This document shows, one piece after another, positions 15,241 to 33,228 of a stretch of DNA of 64,000 nucleotides. The DNA is from the human T2T-CHM13v2.0 reference genome, Homo sapiens. Both the position numbers and the translations under genes were made by a program. The notes beneath the pieces are model-generated. The model had not been told where the DNA came from and made no database searches. It saw nothing but the letters and a program-made list of their open reading frames with translations. Numbering within the stretch: the first letter of the stretch is position 1; every line of letters starts with the position of its first letter. Location: NCBI RefSeq assembly GCF_009914755.1, contig NC_060927.1; one strand, 5' to 3'.

Positions 15241-15753
15241 CTTGCTTTGTTGCCTAGGCCGGAGTGCAGTAGCATAATCACAGCTCACTGTAGCCTTGAC
15301 TTCCCAGGCTCAAGTGATCCTCCCACCTCAGCCCTCCAAGTAGCTGGACCACAGGCATGCCCCACCATGTTGCCCAGGCTGGTCTCAAACTCCTGGGCTC
15401 AAGTGATCCTCTGCCTTGGCCTCCCATAATGCTGGGATTACAGGTGTGAGCCACCACACAGCCATATGTTCTTAAGTGGATAAGACTTAATATGTTCAGA
15501 GGACTGGAGTGATTTGGGAAGAATATATATGAAGTAGATACTAAAACATTAGGCAGGGTTTTAGTGAATCAAGAAATAATTCTGTGGCCGCGCGCAGTGG
15601 CTCATGGCTGTAATCCCAACACTTTGGGAGGCCGAGGCGGGCGGATCACCTGAAGTCAGGAGTTCGAGACCAGCCTCAACATGGAGAAACCCCGTCTCTA
15701 CTAAAAATACAATATTAGCCGGGCGTAGTGGTGCATGCGTGTAATCCCAGCTA

Positions 15754-15906
<153 letters not shown>

Positions 15907-16697
15907 TCAGGTCACAAGCAGTAAATACTGAGTAGCTGCATTTGACTGAACTGGAGAGTTTTGTAGAGGAATTTTGAGCAAGGGTAAATATTTAATGATT
16001 GGAGCCCAAATCAGTAAGCAGAAAATTACTGTAGTCATCAGTGTATTCTCTCTTGGACTTTCACTCATTCTATCCATTTGAGTGCTTTCTATATGTTAGC
16101 CACTGCGATGTTATAAAGATAAATCAGAAACGTTCACCTAGGAACTCAGCCTAGCAGGGCAGACTTAAATGTAAAACAGTACAAGATAAAAATCGAAAGT
16201 ATCTGAATAAATGATACTGTGGAAATTGAGAGAAGGAGTAAAGGCCAGATACTAGATGCAGCAGCATGTAAAAGACCACTGGACTGGCAGTTGGAAGACC
16301 TGAATTAAGTTTGAGAAGCACTAACTTAAATAATATTTGAAGTTTCTTGGCATCTCTAACATTCTTAAGAAATCAGGTACCATTTGATTCAGCCTATTCA
16401 GATATGTACAGACTGTAGGAGGGAAGAACGATACAGGATGCAGGGAATACGTGCAAAAGTGCAGAGGTTGGAAATTGTAAGCACCTACATTACAACAATG
16501 GCTTACTTTGAATGCCTAACGATTTGGATATCTTTTCACATTATTTTACCCTTAATTTGTGAGTTGTGTGATATGTTTATTCATATTTTGAAAATGGAGA
16601 AATTGACTGGGCATGGTGGCTCATGCCTGTAATCCCAGTACTTTGGGAGGCCGAGGCAGGTGGATCACGAGGTCAGGAGGTCAAGACCATCTGGCTA

Positions 16698-16980
<283 letters not shown>

Positions 16981-17259
16981 TCATACCCTGCTGTTTTCCC
17001 TGCTTTTAAGTAAATTTCGGATGCATTTAGACAACATTCTTTCTCCTATAATATAACAGTAATAAAGGATAAACTGTCTCATAGATTTAAAAAACACATG
17101 TATCCGAAATCATCTTTTTTTTTCTTTTTTAAATCATAATTAAGTAACCTTGGATATATATTTGAGTTTGAAATATACTGAACAGAGAAGATAGCCACTT
17201 AATTAGTTAATTTTGAAATTTTAAAATATTTTTCCAGCTGTTACATATGTGTAGTCTCC

Positions 17260-17900
17260 TTTAATTTGGACAAATTCCTTAGTCTTTGTGTATATTTCAT
17301 GGTATTAACATTTTTGAAGAGTACAGGCCAGTTATTTTGTATAAGCTCCCTCAATTTGGATTTGTCTGATGTTTCCTCATGATTAGTTTCACGTTTCTTA
17401 CTTTTGGCACAAATACCACAAAAGTGATGCCAAGTTATCAGTGTGTCATATCAGGGAGCACATGCTATCAATATGCCCCATCACTAAAAGAGTGTTAACT
17501 TTGATCATTTGGTTAAAGTGGTGCCTGCCAGATTTCTTCACTGTCAAATTACTATTCTACCTTTTGTAATTAAAATTTATTTTGTGGGGATAGGCTTTGA
17601 GAATATGTGAAAATAATATGATTGAGGACGTTTTCTCACTAGCATTAACATCTGTTGATAATTCTTGCCAGAATTATTATTATAAGGTTTGCCAAATGAT
17701 GATTTTTCTGATTCCATCATCCTTTCTGCATCTATTAACTGTCTCTTACTGTAAGGAAGAGCTTGGAAGAGCTTCTTATTATCACATTTAAATTTTATTT
17801 ATTCAAGTGTATACTCATGGAATCTTACTTTATTCAATAGGTTATAATGCTCAAATTGTCACAGATTTAACCAGTAGAAGTCCCTTTAAGCTGGATCAAC
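17260..17900 (-). mobile_element. Old L1 (L1MC/L1MB-type) 3' end fragment
   Basis: Shares motifs such as tacaggccagtt...ccctcaa.ttgg.tttgtctgatgtttcctcatgatta with related fragments near 25.0-25.7 kb and 45.3-45.8 kb. Confidence 0.6.
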
Positions 17901-17962
17901 ACCCTTTTAAAAAGTAGTATTTAGCTAAGCAGCAGCATTTATACATAAAAACTTATATTTGA

Positions 17963-18208
<246 letters not shown>

Positions 18209-18829
18209 TAGAGACGGGGTTTCACCATGTTGGCCAGGCTGGTCTTGAACTCCTGACCTCAGGTGATCCACTCACCTCAGCCTTCCAAAGTGCTGGGATT
18301 ACAGGTGTGAGCCACTGCACCCAGCCAGGAATGAGCTTTCAAGATGTCTTTATTGTAGTAGATATTTTTGAGGAGCAGTACCTTAAAGTGGTTAAGAACC
18401 TTTGCTTTGGTGTCAAACTCTTTTGCTATTCATTTGCTTTGTTTCCTTGAGCAAGTTAACTTTGTTACCTCACCTGCAAAATATGAATGATGATAATCAT
18501 ACCTCCCTCATGCGATTATGTTAGGATTTTTAAGAGATAGGACATACACAAACAACACAATGGGCAGCATTTAGTAGCTAAATGGTTTTAGTTCTAGAAT
18601 GTTTGTTTTTTCAGCAATTTTTTTTCTTTATGCAAAATCAGCACCGTAGAAGACAGGCATTTATTTTTTAAATGTAGTTAAGGTAAATAACTCACTAATT
18701 TTCTCCTTTTACCAAAATTTACAGTAGTGAAAATGCTAAAAGACTTAGATATAAAATTTAGCGTATTAGTAATCAGGAATTGAATAAGTTTGTATGCAGT
18801 TATCTTGGTTTACTTACTTTTTTCTTTAG

Positions 18830-18885
18830 AGTGAACCAGAGGAAATGCCTCCAGAAGCAAAGATGAGGATGAAGAATATTGGAAG
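18830..18885 (+). CDS. PCNP: PCNP exon 4 (SEPEEMPPEAKMRMKNIG+AG)
   Basis: Acceptor ttttttctttAG|AGT; donor AAG|GTATTA; 56 nt. Confidence 0.96.
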
Positions 18886-19168
18886 GTATTATAATTTTTC
18901 ATAAATATTATAGAAAGATACAAAGGTGAATTAACAAAAATAACTTGCACATGATTTCTTACAGTTCAGGCTTTTCTTGTGCATTTGGGCAGAACAGTTT
19001 TTAAAAGCATGTTCTGTGTACTAGATGATTAATTAGGATTTTGAAGATGAATAAGACATGGTTCAATCCTCATGAAGAAAGATAACTAATTATTCTGTGA
19101 ACTATCAGTGATCTTATTTAGTCTCCAGTTAAAGAAAATGAGTATCTTAAGACATAACAATAATTTAA

Positions 19169-19400
<232 letters not shown>

Positions 19401-20624
19401 TGATCTCCCCACCTCAGCCTCCCAAAGTGCTGGGATTACAGGTGTAAGCCACCATGCCCAGCTGTTTTTTCAAATAAGAAATAGCTATGAGAAATGTTTC
19501 TGATTTCAAAATTTTTGCTGGTATGAAACAAATGGCTTTCAGTCACTTCATTTTTTAAAAAAATTTGTAAGTAGAGACAGACAGGATCTTGCTGTGTTGC
19601 CCAGGCTGGTCTCAAACTCCTGGCCTCCAGCAGTCCTGCCTCAGCCTCCCAAAGTGCTGGGAGTATAGGTGTGAGCCACCATGCCCAGCCACTTCACTTA
19701 CGATATAATTTCTACCACTTTATCTTATATTTCTTTTTTTCTTTAATGACTTAGATGCCAAATACCAAAATAAGATAAATGAAAGTATTTTAATTTTCTC
19801 CATTGTTGCTGTTGTCATGGAGATAACATTTATTTTTAAGTTAACACGATGTGCAGTTTCCTGTCTTTGTGTGCATTAATGGATAGCTTAGAGATCAGTA
19901 AGAAAGCTTAATACCACCTCAACCCCATACTATGTCCCCATTTCTTCCAAATGTATGAACCCACAAAGAACTGAGTGGTAAATCTTTTTCCTTTTCTTAT
20001 TTAACTACCAGTATGATAATGCTAAGTGCTAAATCTATACACAAGCGTAAGTCTCCAAACTTCCATTATGTGATTCAAGTAGAGTCAGTCCCAGTGGCTG
20101 CCTGCATGCCTTCCTTTCATACTGAGCGTAAAGTAGGAAGTACATATGACGTTGTTGTCCCGCCTAAACACCCAGCACATATATTAATATAGTTAAACAT
20201 AAATAATTGAAGCAGAAGTTCATAAAATGACACTGAACCTTTCTATGTGTAATGTATCTTCATGTTTTTCTTCTATTTCATTTTTTACAAATGCTGGTGG
20301 CCAGCTATCACATTGACTTCATGATGCTGTTAATGGATTACAGGCAACAGGTTTTTTTGTTTTTTTGTTTTGATTTTGGTGTTTTTTTTTTTTTTTTTTT
20401 TTTTAAGACAGGATCTAGCTCTGTCACTCAGGCTGGAGTGCAGTGGTGTGATCATAGCTCACTGCAGCCTTGACCTCCTGGGCTCAGGCAATCCTCCCAC
20501 CTCAGCCTCCTAAGCAGCTGGAGCCACAGGCGCACACCAGCACACCTGACTGATTTTTAAATTTTTTGTCGAGACAGGGTCTCACCGTGTTGCTCTGGCT
20601 GGGAGGCAACAGTTTTTAAAACTG

Positions 20625-21089
<465 letters not shown>

Positions 21090-21241
21090 TGAAATGTATT
21101 TTTAAAAAGCTCTGTAGGGCCTTCCAGTGTTCAGTCTGTGTTTATAATAGGTGCTAAACAAACATGTATTGAATGAATCAAAATCATAACCTGAAAGGCT
21201 TTATATAACATTTTAAATAAATTTTCTTTCTTTTAACACAG

Positions 21242-21368
21242 GGATACACCAACATCAGCTGGACCAAACTCCTTCAATAAAGGAAAGCATGGGTTTTCTG
21301 ATAACCAGAAGCTGTGGGAGCGAAATATAAAATCTCATCTTGGAAATGTCCATGACCAAGACAATTAA
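21242..21368 (+). CDS. PCNP: PCNP exon 5, coding part ([42 protein letters not shown])
   Basis: Acceptor ttttaacacAG|G; TAA at 21366-21368. Total CDS 64+215+75+56+127 = 537 nt = 178 aa + stop. Confidence 0.97.
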
Positions 21369-23055
21369 ATGATGTTTTGAAATTGGGGTGTGGGGTGGGT
21401 GTAAAGTTAAAAGGAACAGTTTCCTTTTTTAAAGAATGGTATAAGACTATCTTTGGAGCCGCTTTTTTTTTCTTTTTCATTTTTTTAAAAGATTGAGTGG
21501 TACACTAATAAATGAGAGTTTGAAATTAGAGGTAATTTATGTTTTATATACAGATTTCAAGACATTTGCTAATTTTGTAGTTTCATGTGATTAGTTTCCA
21601 AAGGTTACAGATAATAAAGAAATCAGAAATGGTACCTTTTTAAGAATTGCATATTTTTTTAGACACAACTATTAGCACATTAAGAGGGAAGCAAAGTTAC
21701 TGTCTATTTAAAACTGCAAGCAGTTAACTCTCTTAACTCCCTTATTACCTAAACTTGTCTGGCTCCCAGGAACAGCCTTATAGAGAGAGGGAGTATTGTA
21801 TTGGGAAGAAAATGTTACTGAACTATTGACTGAAAGTAAATTTAGATAAAATACAGCTTTTTTCCTTATGGGCATTTGTTTTGTTTCAAGTCATCATAAA
21901 CTAGGTATTGCATTGCTGTCCGTGGATACAGACGCTTAGCTCTTAAAAGATTTTTTTTTTATGTAAACTGTTGAATATTTGAAATAGTCCACTTCACCTT
22001 AATGGGTCTTGTCTATCTTCATTAGTCTTCAAAGAAAAACCATTTGCTACCAAAGTAAATCAGTATTTTGAATGTGCTTCTCTTGTTTTTTGTTTATTAG
22101 CTAGTTCCTGTAAGCATTTCCACCAGAACTTGAGGCAAATCGTAAGGAAGCTGTTTCTTTTAAAACACAAACCACCACCAAAAATTTAAATGTACATATT
22201 GCTTAAGTATTTGGCTGTTTTTATTTTTTAAAAGGTATAAACACCAAAAAAAAAATTAACATTGTATGAAGATGGAAAATAAGAAGATGCACTTTCTGTA
22301 ACTTTGTCTAAGGATTTAAATTACTAACTTATGAACTCCAATTTGAATTGAACTTAACTATCGGCTTTCTTACTGGTAAAATTATATGGTTTATTTTAAA
22401 TGCGTACATATTGACCAATGGCCTCTGAAAAAGCACATTTTAGATACTGAAATTGAAGGAAAGAAAATGCATCTTCAAACATTTTTTGGAATCTCACCAC
22501 ATATACTTTGTTAGATTTGTGTATTGTAGGGTGTTTGTTTTGTATTTTTGTATTGTATATGAACTTTTTTTAAATGTGACAGTTAAACACATCTTTAAAA
22601 GCATAGTCACAGACAAAAGCATACAGTATAAAAATTTCCTTGAAAACTCCTACAATATTATATTTGGAGGCAGCTTCAGACTGTTTTATTGGTGGTAGCT
22701 GCTTGCTGAGGTCTTTTAGTTGGTAATAACTCCAGAGAAGCAGCCTGTGTATATTCCTAACACTTTGTTCACTAGCATTTAAGTTTAGAATAAGCCCAAG
22801 TAAGACAATGGAAATGTATATAGAACTCTTAGTTCTTACATGATTTAATTATATCGATACATGAATTTAACTTACTTTAATGTAGGCAAACTATCAATTT
22901 TTTGTCCATTTTCCTGTTTGTTAAAATAACATACCTCTCCTACGTATTATTTTCTTGACCCAAATGAAATATTAACCTAAGGTCAAGCTGGGAGAGAGAA
23001 ATGACTGAGATGAATGTCTTTACTAAAGTACCAATAAATTTGTCAAACTCAATAG
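21369..23055 (+). other. PCNP: PCNP 3'UTR (about 1.7 kb, AU-rich, repeat-free)
   Basis: Non-repetitive AU-rich sequence after the stop codon, with AATAAA at 21507, 21613 and 23033. The end is inferred from the distal signal. Confidence 0.8.
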
Positions 23056-23075
23056 TGTTTTTATTTTCTATTCCA
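23033..23075 (+). terminator. PCNP: Distal polyadenylation signal of PCNP
   Basis: AATAAA at 23033-23038 followed about 18 nt later by a GT/T-rich downstream element (gtgtttttattttc). Confidence 0.75.
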
Positions 23076-23317
23076 TTTAATTGTTGCTTACTGGTTTTTG
23101 TTTTTAAAGTTGAGACAAATGTCAAGTGTTGCTCTTGTTCATTTTGTTGACCAAAGTAATGGGGGATTTAAAATTCTGAATTACTAGTGTCTACCTAGCT
23201 CAGCACCTAGTTCTATAGCATTACAGAATCTCAGACTCAAAAAGACTTAATCCTCCTCCAGTGCCAAAGGATTGTCTGTCCAGTTCTTTAGAAAATCTTG
23301 CCAAAGCTTTTCTTTGA

Positions 23318-23568
<251 letters not shown>

Positions 23569-24400
23569 TGAGGTGATCCACCTGCCTTAGCCTCCCAAAG
23601 TCCTGGGATTACAGGCATGAGCCACTGCGCCCAGCCTAGAAGGTATTCTTTCACTAGTGTCTTCTGTCCATTAACTGTACGTATGGATTTAGACCATAAA
23701 GAAAAACGTAATTTCACTTCTACCTAATGGCTTTCTTCAAATATTTAAAGTTTCTTTCTTTCTTTTTTTTTTTTGAGATGGAGTCTCGCTCTGTTGCCCA
23801 GGCTGGAGTGCAGTGGCGCGATCTTGGCTTACTGTAAGCTTTGCCTCTCGGGTTCACGCCATTCTCCTGCCTCAGCCTCCTGAGTAGCTGGGAATACAGG
23901 CGCCCGCCACCACGCCCGACTAATTTTTTTGTATTTTTAGTAGAGACAGAGTTTCATCATGTTAGCCAAGATCGTCTTGATCTCCTGACCTTGTGATCCG
24001 CCCGCCTTGGCCTCGCCTCCCAAAGTGCTGGGATTATAGGCGTGAGCCACCTTGACCGGCCTGAATTTTGTTTCTACCCTGCACTTCTGCCTCCCCCCTC
24101 ACAGCTTAAATATCTCCACTTGATAATTTATTGATATTTTTAACTCAGTTTGCATTCTTTGTTTGCATACTATGTGTTGTCAACACATTGTAGTTGCCAA
24201 AACTTCATTTCTTTGGTTATCATGAATTTTAAGACCACATAGTTGTTTTCTTTCGTTTTTTATCACTTTGACTTTTGCTGACCATTTTGCTCCCATGTGG
24301 TTAGTGCAGCTTTTCCCTTTAGTTTCCTCTACTTGACAAGAACTTGTCAGGTATTTCCCTTTTAGAAATACGTTTTTTTTTCTTTTCTTTTTTCTTTCTT

Positions 24401-24443
<43 letters not shown>

Positions 24444-25311
24444 AGACAGAGTGAGTAGCTCTGTCACCCAGGCTGGAGAGCAGTGGTGCAATCTTGGCTC
24501 AGTGCAACCTCCATCTCCCAGCTCAAGCCATCCTCTAGCCTCAGCCTCCTGAGCAGCTGGGATTAGAGGCACATGCAGCCACACCTGGCTGATTTTGTGT
24601 TTTCTGTAGAGATAGGCTGTCGCCATGTTTCCCAGGCTTGTTTCAAACTCCTGGGCCCAAGTTGTCCACCCGCCTCAGTCTCCCAAAGTGCTGGGATTAC
24701 AGGCGTGAGCCACCCATGCTTGGCTATAATGTATTTTCTTAACTTATACAGTGCTGCTGCTTAACAGGTCAGGTCCTAGTTAATGGAAAACTTGAACTAC
24801 ATTGTGGAATTAAGATTCGTTTCTAGTTTGACTAATAAATAAAGGCTATGCGTTTCAAGGTTTTTTCTCTTTTTTAAGTTTTTTGGTTTTTTTTAGAGAT
24901 GGTGTCTTGTCAAGTTTTTTTCTTATATCAAGGTTGCTTGACACGAAGGGATGGCTCAAATTATGTTAGTGGCTAAGTAAAAATACTTTTTAATTTTTTT
25001 TAATTTTCATTTTGAAAAAACTTCAGACTTACAAAACATACTACAAAAATATTACAAAGTATGTTCATATACCCTTTACTCATGTTCCCCATATGTTCTT
25101 TTCCAAAACCTCAGGACAATTGTAGAAATCAATAAATTAACATAATTGCAATATTATCTGTTATACTACTTTATACTATTCTACAGACCTTCAGATTTGC
25201 CCCACTAATAGAACCCTAGTCCAAGATCTTCATTATCACTTTGTGGATTTTCATCTTTTTTTAGTCTCTTTTAATCTAGGACACTTCGATGTTTATTGTT
25301 CATGACCCTAG

Positions 25312-25596
<285 letters not shown>

Positions 25597-27783
25597 TGAC
25601 CTCATGATCCACCTGCCTCAGCCTCCCAAATTGCTGGGATTACAGGCGTGAGCCACTGCGCCCGGCAGGCCAATTGTTTTTAAAAGATACCTCAAACGTT
25701 AGGTTTGCCTATGTTTCCATATAATTAAATTCAGTTTATGCATTTATGCAATACCTCAGTATTTCATTCCCGCTATAGGAATTCCATAACTAAATTATGG
25801 TTGATATGAAACTTTGAATAGGTCAGTAGAAACTACAAAATAACCCATGTAACCATGACTGAAAATAAAGTATTTTACCCAATGAGGAAAAAGATTATAA
25901 CAAGAAGCTGAACAACTAAGTAATGCAAAGAAAGCGACATTCAGGGAATGCAAGTAATAGATATTGGAATATTTGCAAATGATTAAAGCAAATATAACAA
26001 GATTGAATTGGGAGTAAAAAGATGTGCATGTGTGGGGATAAAGGTTATGTGGGAATGCTGTACTTTCTGCTAAGTTTGGCTATGAACCTAAAATTACTCT
26101 TAAAAAGTTTACTAACAACAACAAAAGAGGTATGCCGGATGCTATGGCACACCTCTATAATCACAACACTTTGGGAGGTCAAGGTGGGAGGATCACTTGA
26201 GTTCAGAAGTTCAAGACCACTCAGGATAACGTAGTGAGACCTGATCTCTACAAAAAAAAAATAGCCCATTATAGTGGTGCACACCTGTAGTCTCAGCTAC
26301 TTGGGAGGCTGAGGCAGGAGGATGGCTTGAGCCTGGGAAATTGAGGCTTCAGTGAGCCGTGATCACACCACTGCACTCCATCCTGGGTGACAGAGCAAGA
26401 TCCTGTTTCAAAAAAAAAAAAAAAAAAAGTGAATGTGCGAGCATGGTTTGACTTGGAAGATTCACAAGGTTCCTCTCTTCACCATGAATATAAGTAAGTA
26501 ATAGTTGGATATAAAATCTCAAGATATTGGTAACATTAACATTACCATAATGCTCTGTGTGGATGTTAATGTAACCCTCATTTTATATGTAAGTATAATT
26601 TCCCCAACAGGATTTAAGTGTAGTCAATTATATTCTTGTGGGTCCACTTTGAGAAGAAAATGTCATTTTCCCAGGTAATTTTAAACACAGGTGTTTCTTC
26701 CATTTTATTCTTATTTGAATTTTATAGTAGCCATTAGCTATGTCATGCTCCAAGGAAGAGAATTGGGAATATTAAGTATTGATTTTTACCAGATGCCTTG
26801 CTTTCTCTGGTAGGGGTAATTTAAGAAGCAACTGCTATTCTGTATTAACTCTTAAGACAGGGCTGGTGGTACCACCATGATGAAATGGAGAATAATGGTA
26901 ACAGCCATATCTTGGCCATATAAAAAGCTAGTTACTTTAATTCTTTTGCATGGCTTCTTTATTACAGACAGAGCCATTAGAAAATTGGGAAGCTTAAAGA
27001 TGAAGGGCAGTTTTAAATACTAATCTGGAAGTAATATGTGTAAGACAGAAAGGAAAGTAGGGAAAGTATTTCTGATATGTTGTCGGATTCAGTTTGCTAG
27101 TGTTTTCTTGAGGATTTTTGCATCCTTATTCATAAAAGATACTGGTCTGTGCTTTTCTTATGATGACTTTGGTTTGGGTATCAGGGTAATACTGGCCTTA
27201 TAAGGTGAGATGAGAAGTGTTCCCTCTTCTGTTTTTTGGAAGGGTTAATGAAGAATTGGAGTTATTTCTTTTTATACAAAAATTTTTAATTGAGGCAAAC
27301 TATACATATATAATTTACCATCTTTACCATTATTAAGTGTACAGTTCAGTGGTAATACATTTATATTCTTGTTTTTCACCTTCATCCCCCACCTCCCCTT
27401 CTTCGCCTCTGATAATCAATCTACTCTCTATTCATGAGATCTATTTTTTTAGCTGCCACCTGTGAGTGAGAACATGTGATATTTGTCTCTGTGCGTGGCT
27501 TATTTCACTTAACGGCCTCCAGTTCCATCCATGTTGCTGAAATTGACAAGATTTCATTCTTTTTCATGGCCAAATGGTGTTCAATTGTGTAAATACATCA
27601 CATTTTCTTTATCCATTCATCTGTTGATGGGCACTTAGGTTAATTTCATATTTTGGCTATTGTGAATAATGCTGAAATATACATGAGAGTGCAGATATCT
27701 CTTTGATATATTGATTTACTTTCATTTTGGTATATACCCAGTAGTGGAATGGCTGGACCACATGGTAATCCTGTTTTTAGGGG

Positions 27784-28547
<764 letters not shown>

Positions 28548-28693
28548 TAGCCAGGATGGTCTCGATCTCCTAACCTCGTGATCCGCCCGCCTCGGACTCC
28601 CAAAGTGCTGGTATTACAGGTGTGAGCCACCGCGACCAGCTATTTTTAGTTTTTAATTTTTTGGGGTTTTTTTTGTTTTGGTTTTGGTTTTAG

Positions 28694-29239
<546 letters not shown>

Positions 29240-29435
29240 TAGGATTACAGGTGTGAGCCACCACTCCCAGCTTTCTTTTTAATTTTTTTTTAGTCTCAAT
29301 TTCATTTATTTCTGCTCTGATCTTTATTATTTATTTCCACCTGCTAATTTGGGGCTTGGTTTGTTCTTGTTTTTCTACTTCCTTGAGGTACATTGTTAGG
29401 TTGTTTAGTCAGTCTTTCTACTATTTTTTTTTTGA

Positions 29436-29699
<264 letters not shown>

Positions 29700-30099
29700 T
29701 GAGTCACTGTGCCTGGTCAGAAATGGAGTTTCACCATGTGGACCAGGCTGGTCTTGAACTCAAGTGATCCTTCCACCTCAGCTTGCCAAAGTGCTGGGAT
29801 TACAGACATGAGCCATCTCACCTGGTTAGTGCAAGGAAGTCTTAACAGCATATGGGGCAACTCTTTCCTTTTTTGATATAGGTGTTTATTGCTATGAACT
29901 TCTCTCTTAGAACTGCTTTTGCAGGCCGGGCGCGGTGACTCACACCTGTAATCCCAGCATTTTGGGAAGCCGAGGCGGGTGGATTGCCTGAGGTCAGGAG
30001 TTTGAGACCAGCCTGGCCAACACGGCGAAACCCCATCTCTACTAAAAATACAAAAATTAGCCGGGCGTGGTGGCAGGCGCTTGTAATCCCAGCTACTCA

Positions 30100-30204
<105 letters not shown>

Positions 30205-30429
30205 TCAAAAAAAAGAGAACTGCTTTTGCCATATTACATTGCCTTTGGTGTGTTGTATTTTCATTTTCATTTGTTTTGATAAAATTTTTAATTCCCTCTC
30301 AATTCCTTCAGTGACCCGTGGGTCGTTCGGGAGCATGTTGTTTAATTTCCATGTGTTTGTGTATATTCTGGGGTTCTTCTTGTTATTGATTTCTAGTTTT
30401 ATTCCATTGTTACCAGAAAAGATAGTTAG

Positions 30430-30781
<352 letters not shown>

Positions 30782-31316
30782 TAAGATATGGTCTGTTCTG
30801 GAGAATGTGTCATATGCTGATGAAAATAATGTATTCTGTTGCAGTTGTGTGAAATGTTCTATAAATATCAGGCCTATTAGATCTAGTGTGTAGTTAACCT
30901 CTGCTGTTTCTTTGTTGATTTTCTCTGTGAATGAACTCTCCATCACCAAGAGTGGGGTGTTAAAGTCTGATACTATTATTGTATTGCAGTCTAACTCCTT
31001 ATTTAGATCTATTAATGTTTGTTTTATGTACTTGGGAGCTCCTATTTTGGATACATAGATATTTATAATTGTTATATTCTCTTGCTGAGTTGACCCCCTT
31101 TATCATTATATAGTGATATTCTTTGTCTATCTTTATGGTCTTCAATTCGGAGTCTATTTTATCTTATATAAGTATAGCTACATGCTCTTTTTTGGTTTCC
31201 AGTTGCATGGAATATCTTTTTCCACCCCTTCACTCTCAGGCTAGGTGTGTCTTTACAGGTGAAGTGGATTTCTTGAAGGCAGCATACTGTTTGGTGTTGT
31301 TTATCCATTCATCCAC

Positions 31317-31690
31317 TGTATTAGTCCATTCTTGTACTGCTATAAAGAAATACCTGATACTGGGGAATTTACAAAGAAAAGAAGTTTAATTGGCTCACGG
31401 TTCCACAGGCTGTAGAGGAAACATGGCTGGGGAGGCCTCAGGAAACTTACAATTATGGCAGAGGACAAACGGGAAGCAGGCATGTCTTACATGGGCAGAG
31501 TGGGAGGAAGAGAGAGAAGAGAATGTTGCTACAACAACCAGATTTCATGAGAACTCACTCACTATCATGAGAAAAGCAATGGGGAAATCTGCCGCATGAT
31601 CTAAGCACCTCCCACCTGGCCCCTCCTCCAACATTGGGGATTACAATGTGACATGAGATTTGGGCAGGGACCCAAGTCCAAATCATAGCA
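31317..31690 (-). mobile_element. MaLR solo LTR (MST/THE1 family)
   Basis: tgtattagtccattcttg...ggcctcaggaaacttacaattatggcaga...atagca; TG...CA ends; 5-bp TSD tccac/accac. Confidence 0.85.
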
Positions 31691-32089
31691 ACCACTCTAT
31701 GCCTTTTTTTTTGAGACAGTCTCACTCTGTCACCCAGGCTGGAGTGCACTGGCACAATCTTGGCTCACTGCAACATCCTCCTCCTGGGTTCAAGCAATTC
31801 TCATGCCCCTGAGTAGTGGGGATCACAGGCATTTGCCACCACACCCAGCTAATTTTTGTATTTTTAGTAGAGGCAGGGTTTCATCATGTTGGGCAGGCTG
31901 GTCTCAAACTCCTAACCTCAAGTGATCCACCAGCTTCAGCCTCCTAAAGTGCTGGGATTACAGGCATGAGCCACCACACCCAGCCTCTATGCCTTTTAAT
32001 TGAAGAACATAGAACATTTACACTTATTGTTATTACTGATAGGTAAGAACTTACCAGCCATTTTGTTTTTGCTTTTCTGGTTGTTTTGA

Positions 32090-32564
<475 letters not shown>

Positions 32565-32611
32565 TGATCTGCCTGCCTTGGCCTCCCAAAGTGCTGGGAT
32601 TACAGGCGTAA

Positions 32612-32758
<147 letters not shown>

Positions 32759-33228
32759 TGACCTACTACATTTATTTAGGGAATTTATTATTTTTTTGCA
32801 CTATGGTTACCATGAGGCTTATAAAAACGTCTTACGGTGGGGCACAGGGGCTCACGACTGCAATCCCAGCACTTTGGGAGGCTGAGACAGGTGGATCATC
32901 TAAGGTCAGGAGTTCAAGACCAACCTGGCCAACATGGCAAAACCCTATCTCTACTAAAAATACAAAAACTAGCTGGGCATGGTGGCGGGTGCAGTAATCC
33001 CAGCTACTTGGAAGGCTGAGGCAGGAATTGCTTGAACCTGGGAGGTGGAGAGGTTGCAGTGAGTTGAGATCGCGCCTCTGTACTCCAGCCTGGGTGACAG
33101 AGTGAGACTCCGTCTCCAAAAAAAAAAAAAAAAAAAGAGTGGATTATTGGAGTTTATAGCTATTTTTGTTGAATTCTCTATTTTTTCTCTTCATTTTTGT
33201 CAGGTTTTGCTCCATGTACTTTGGCACT

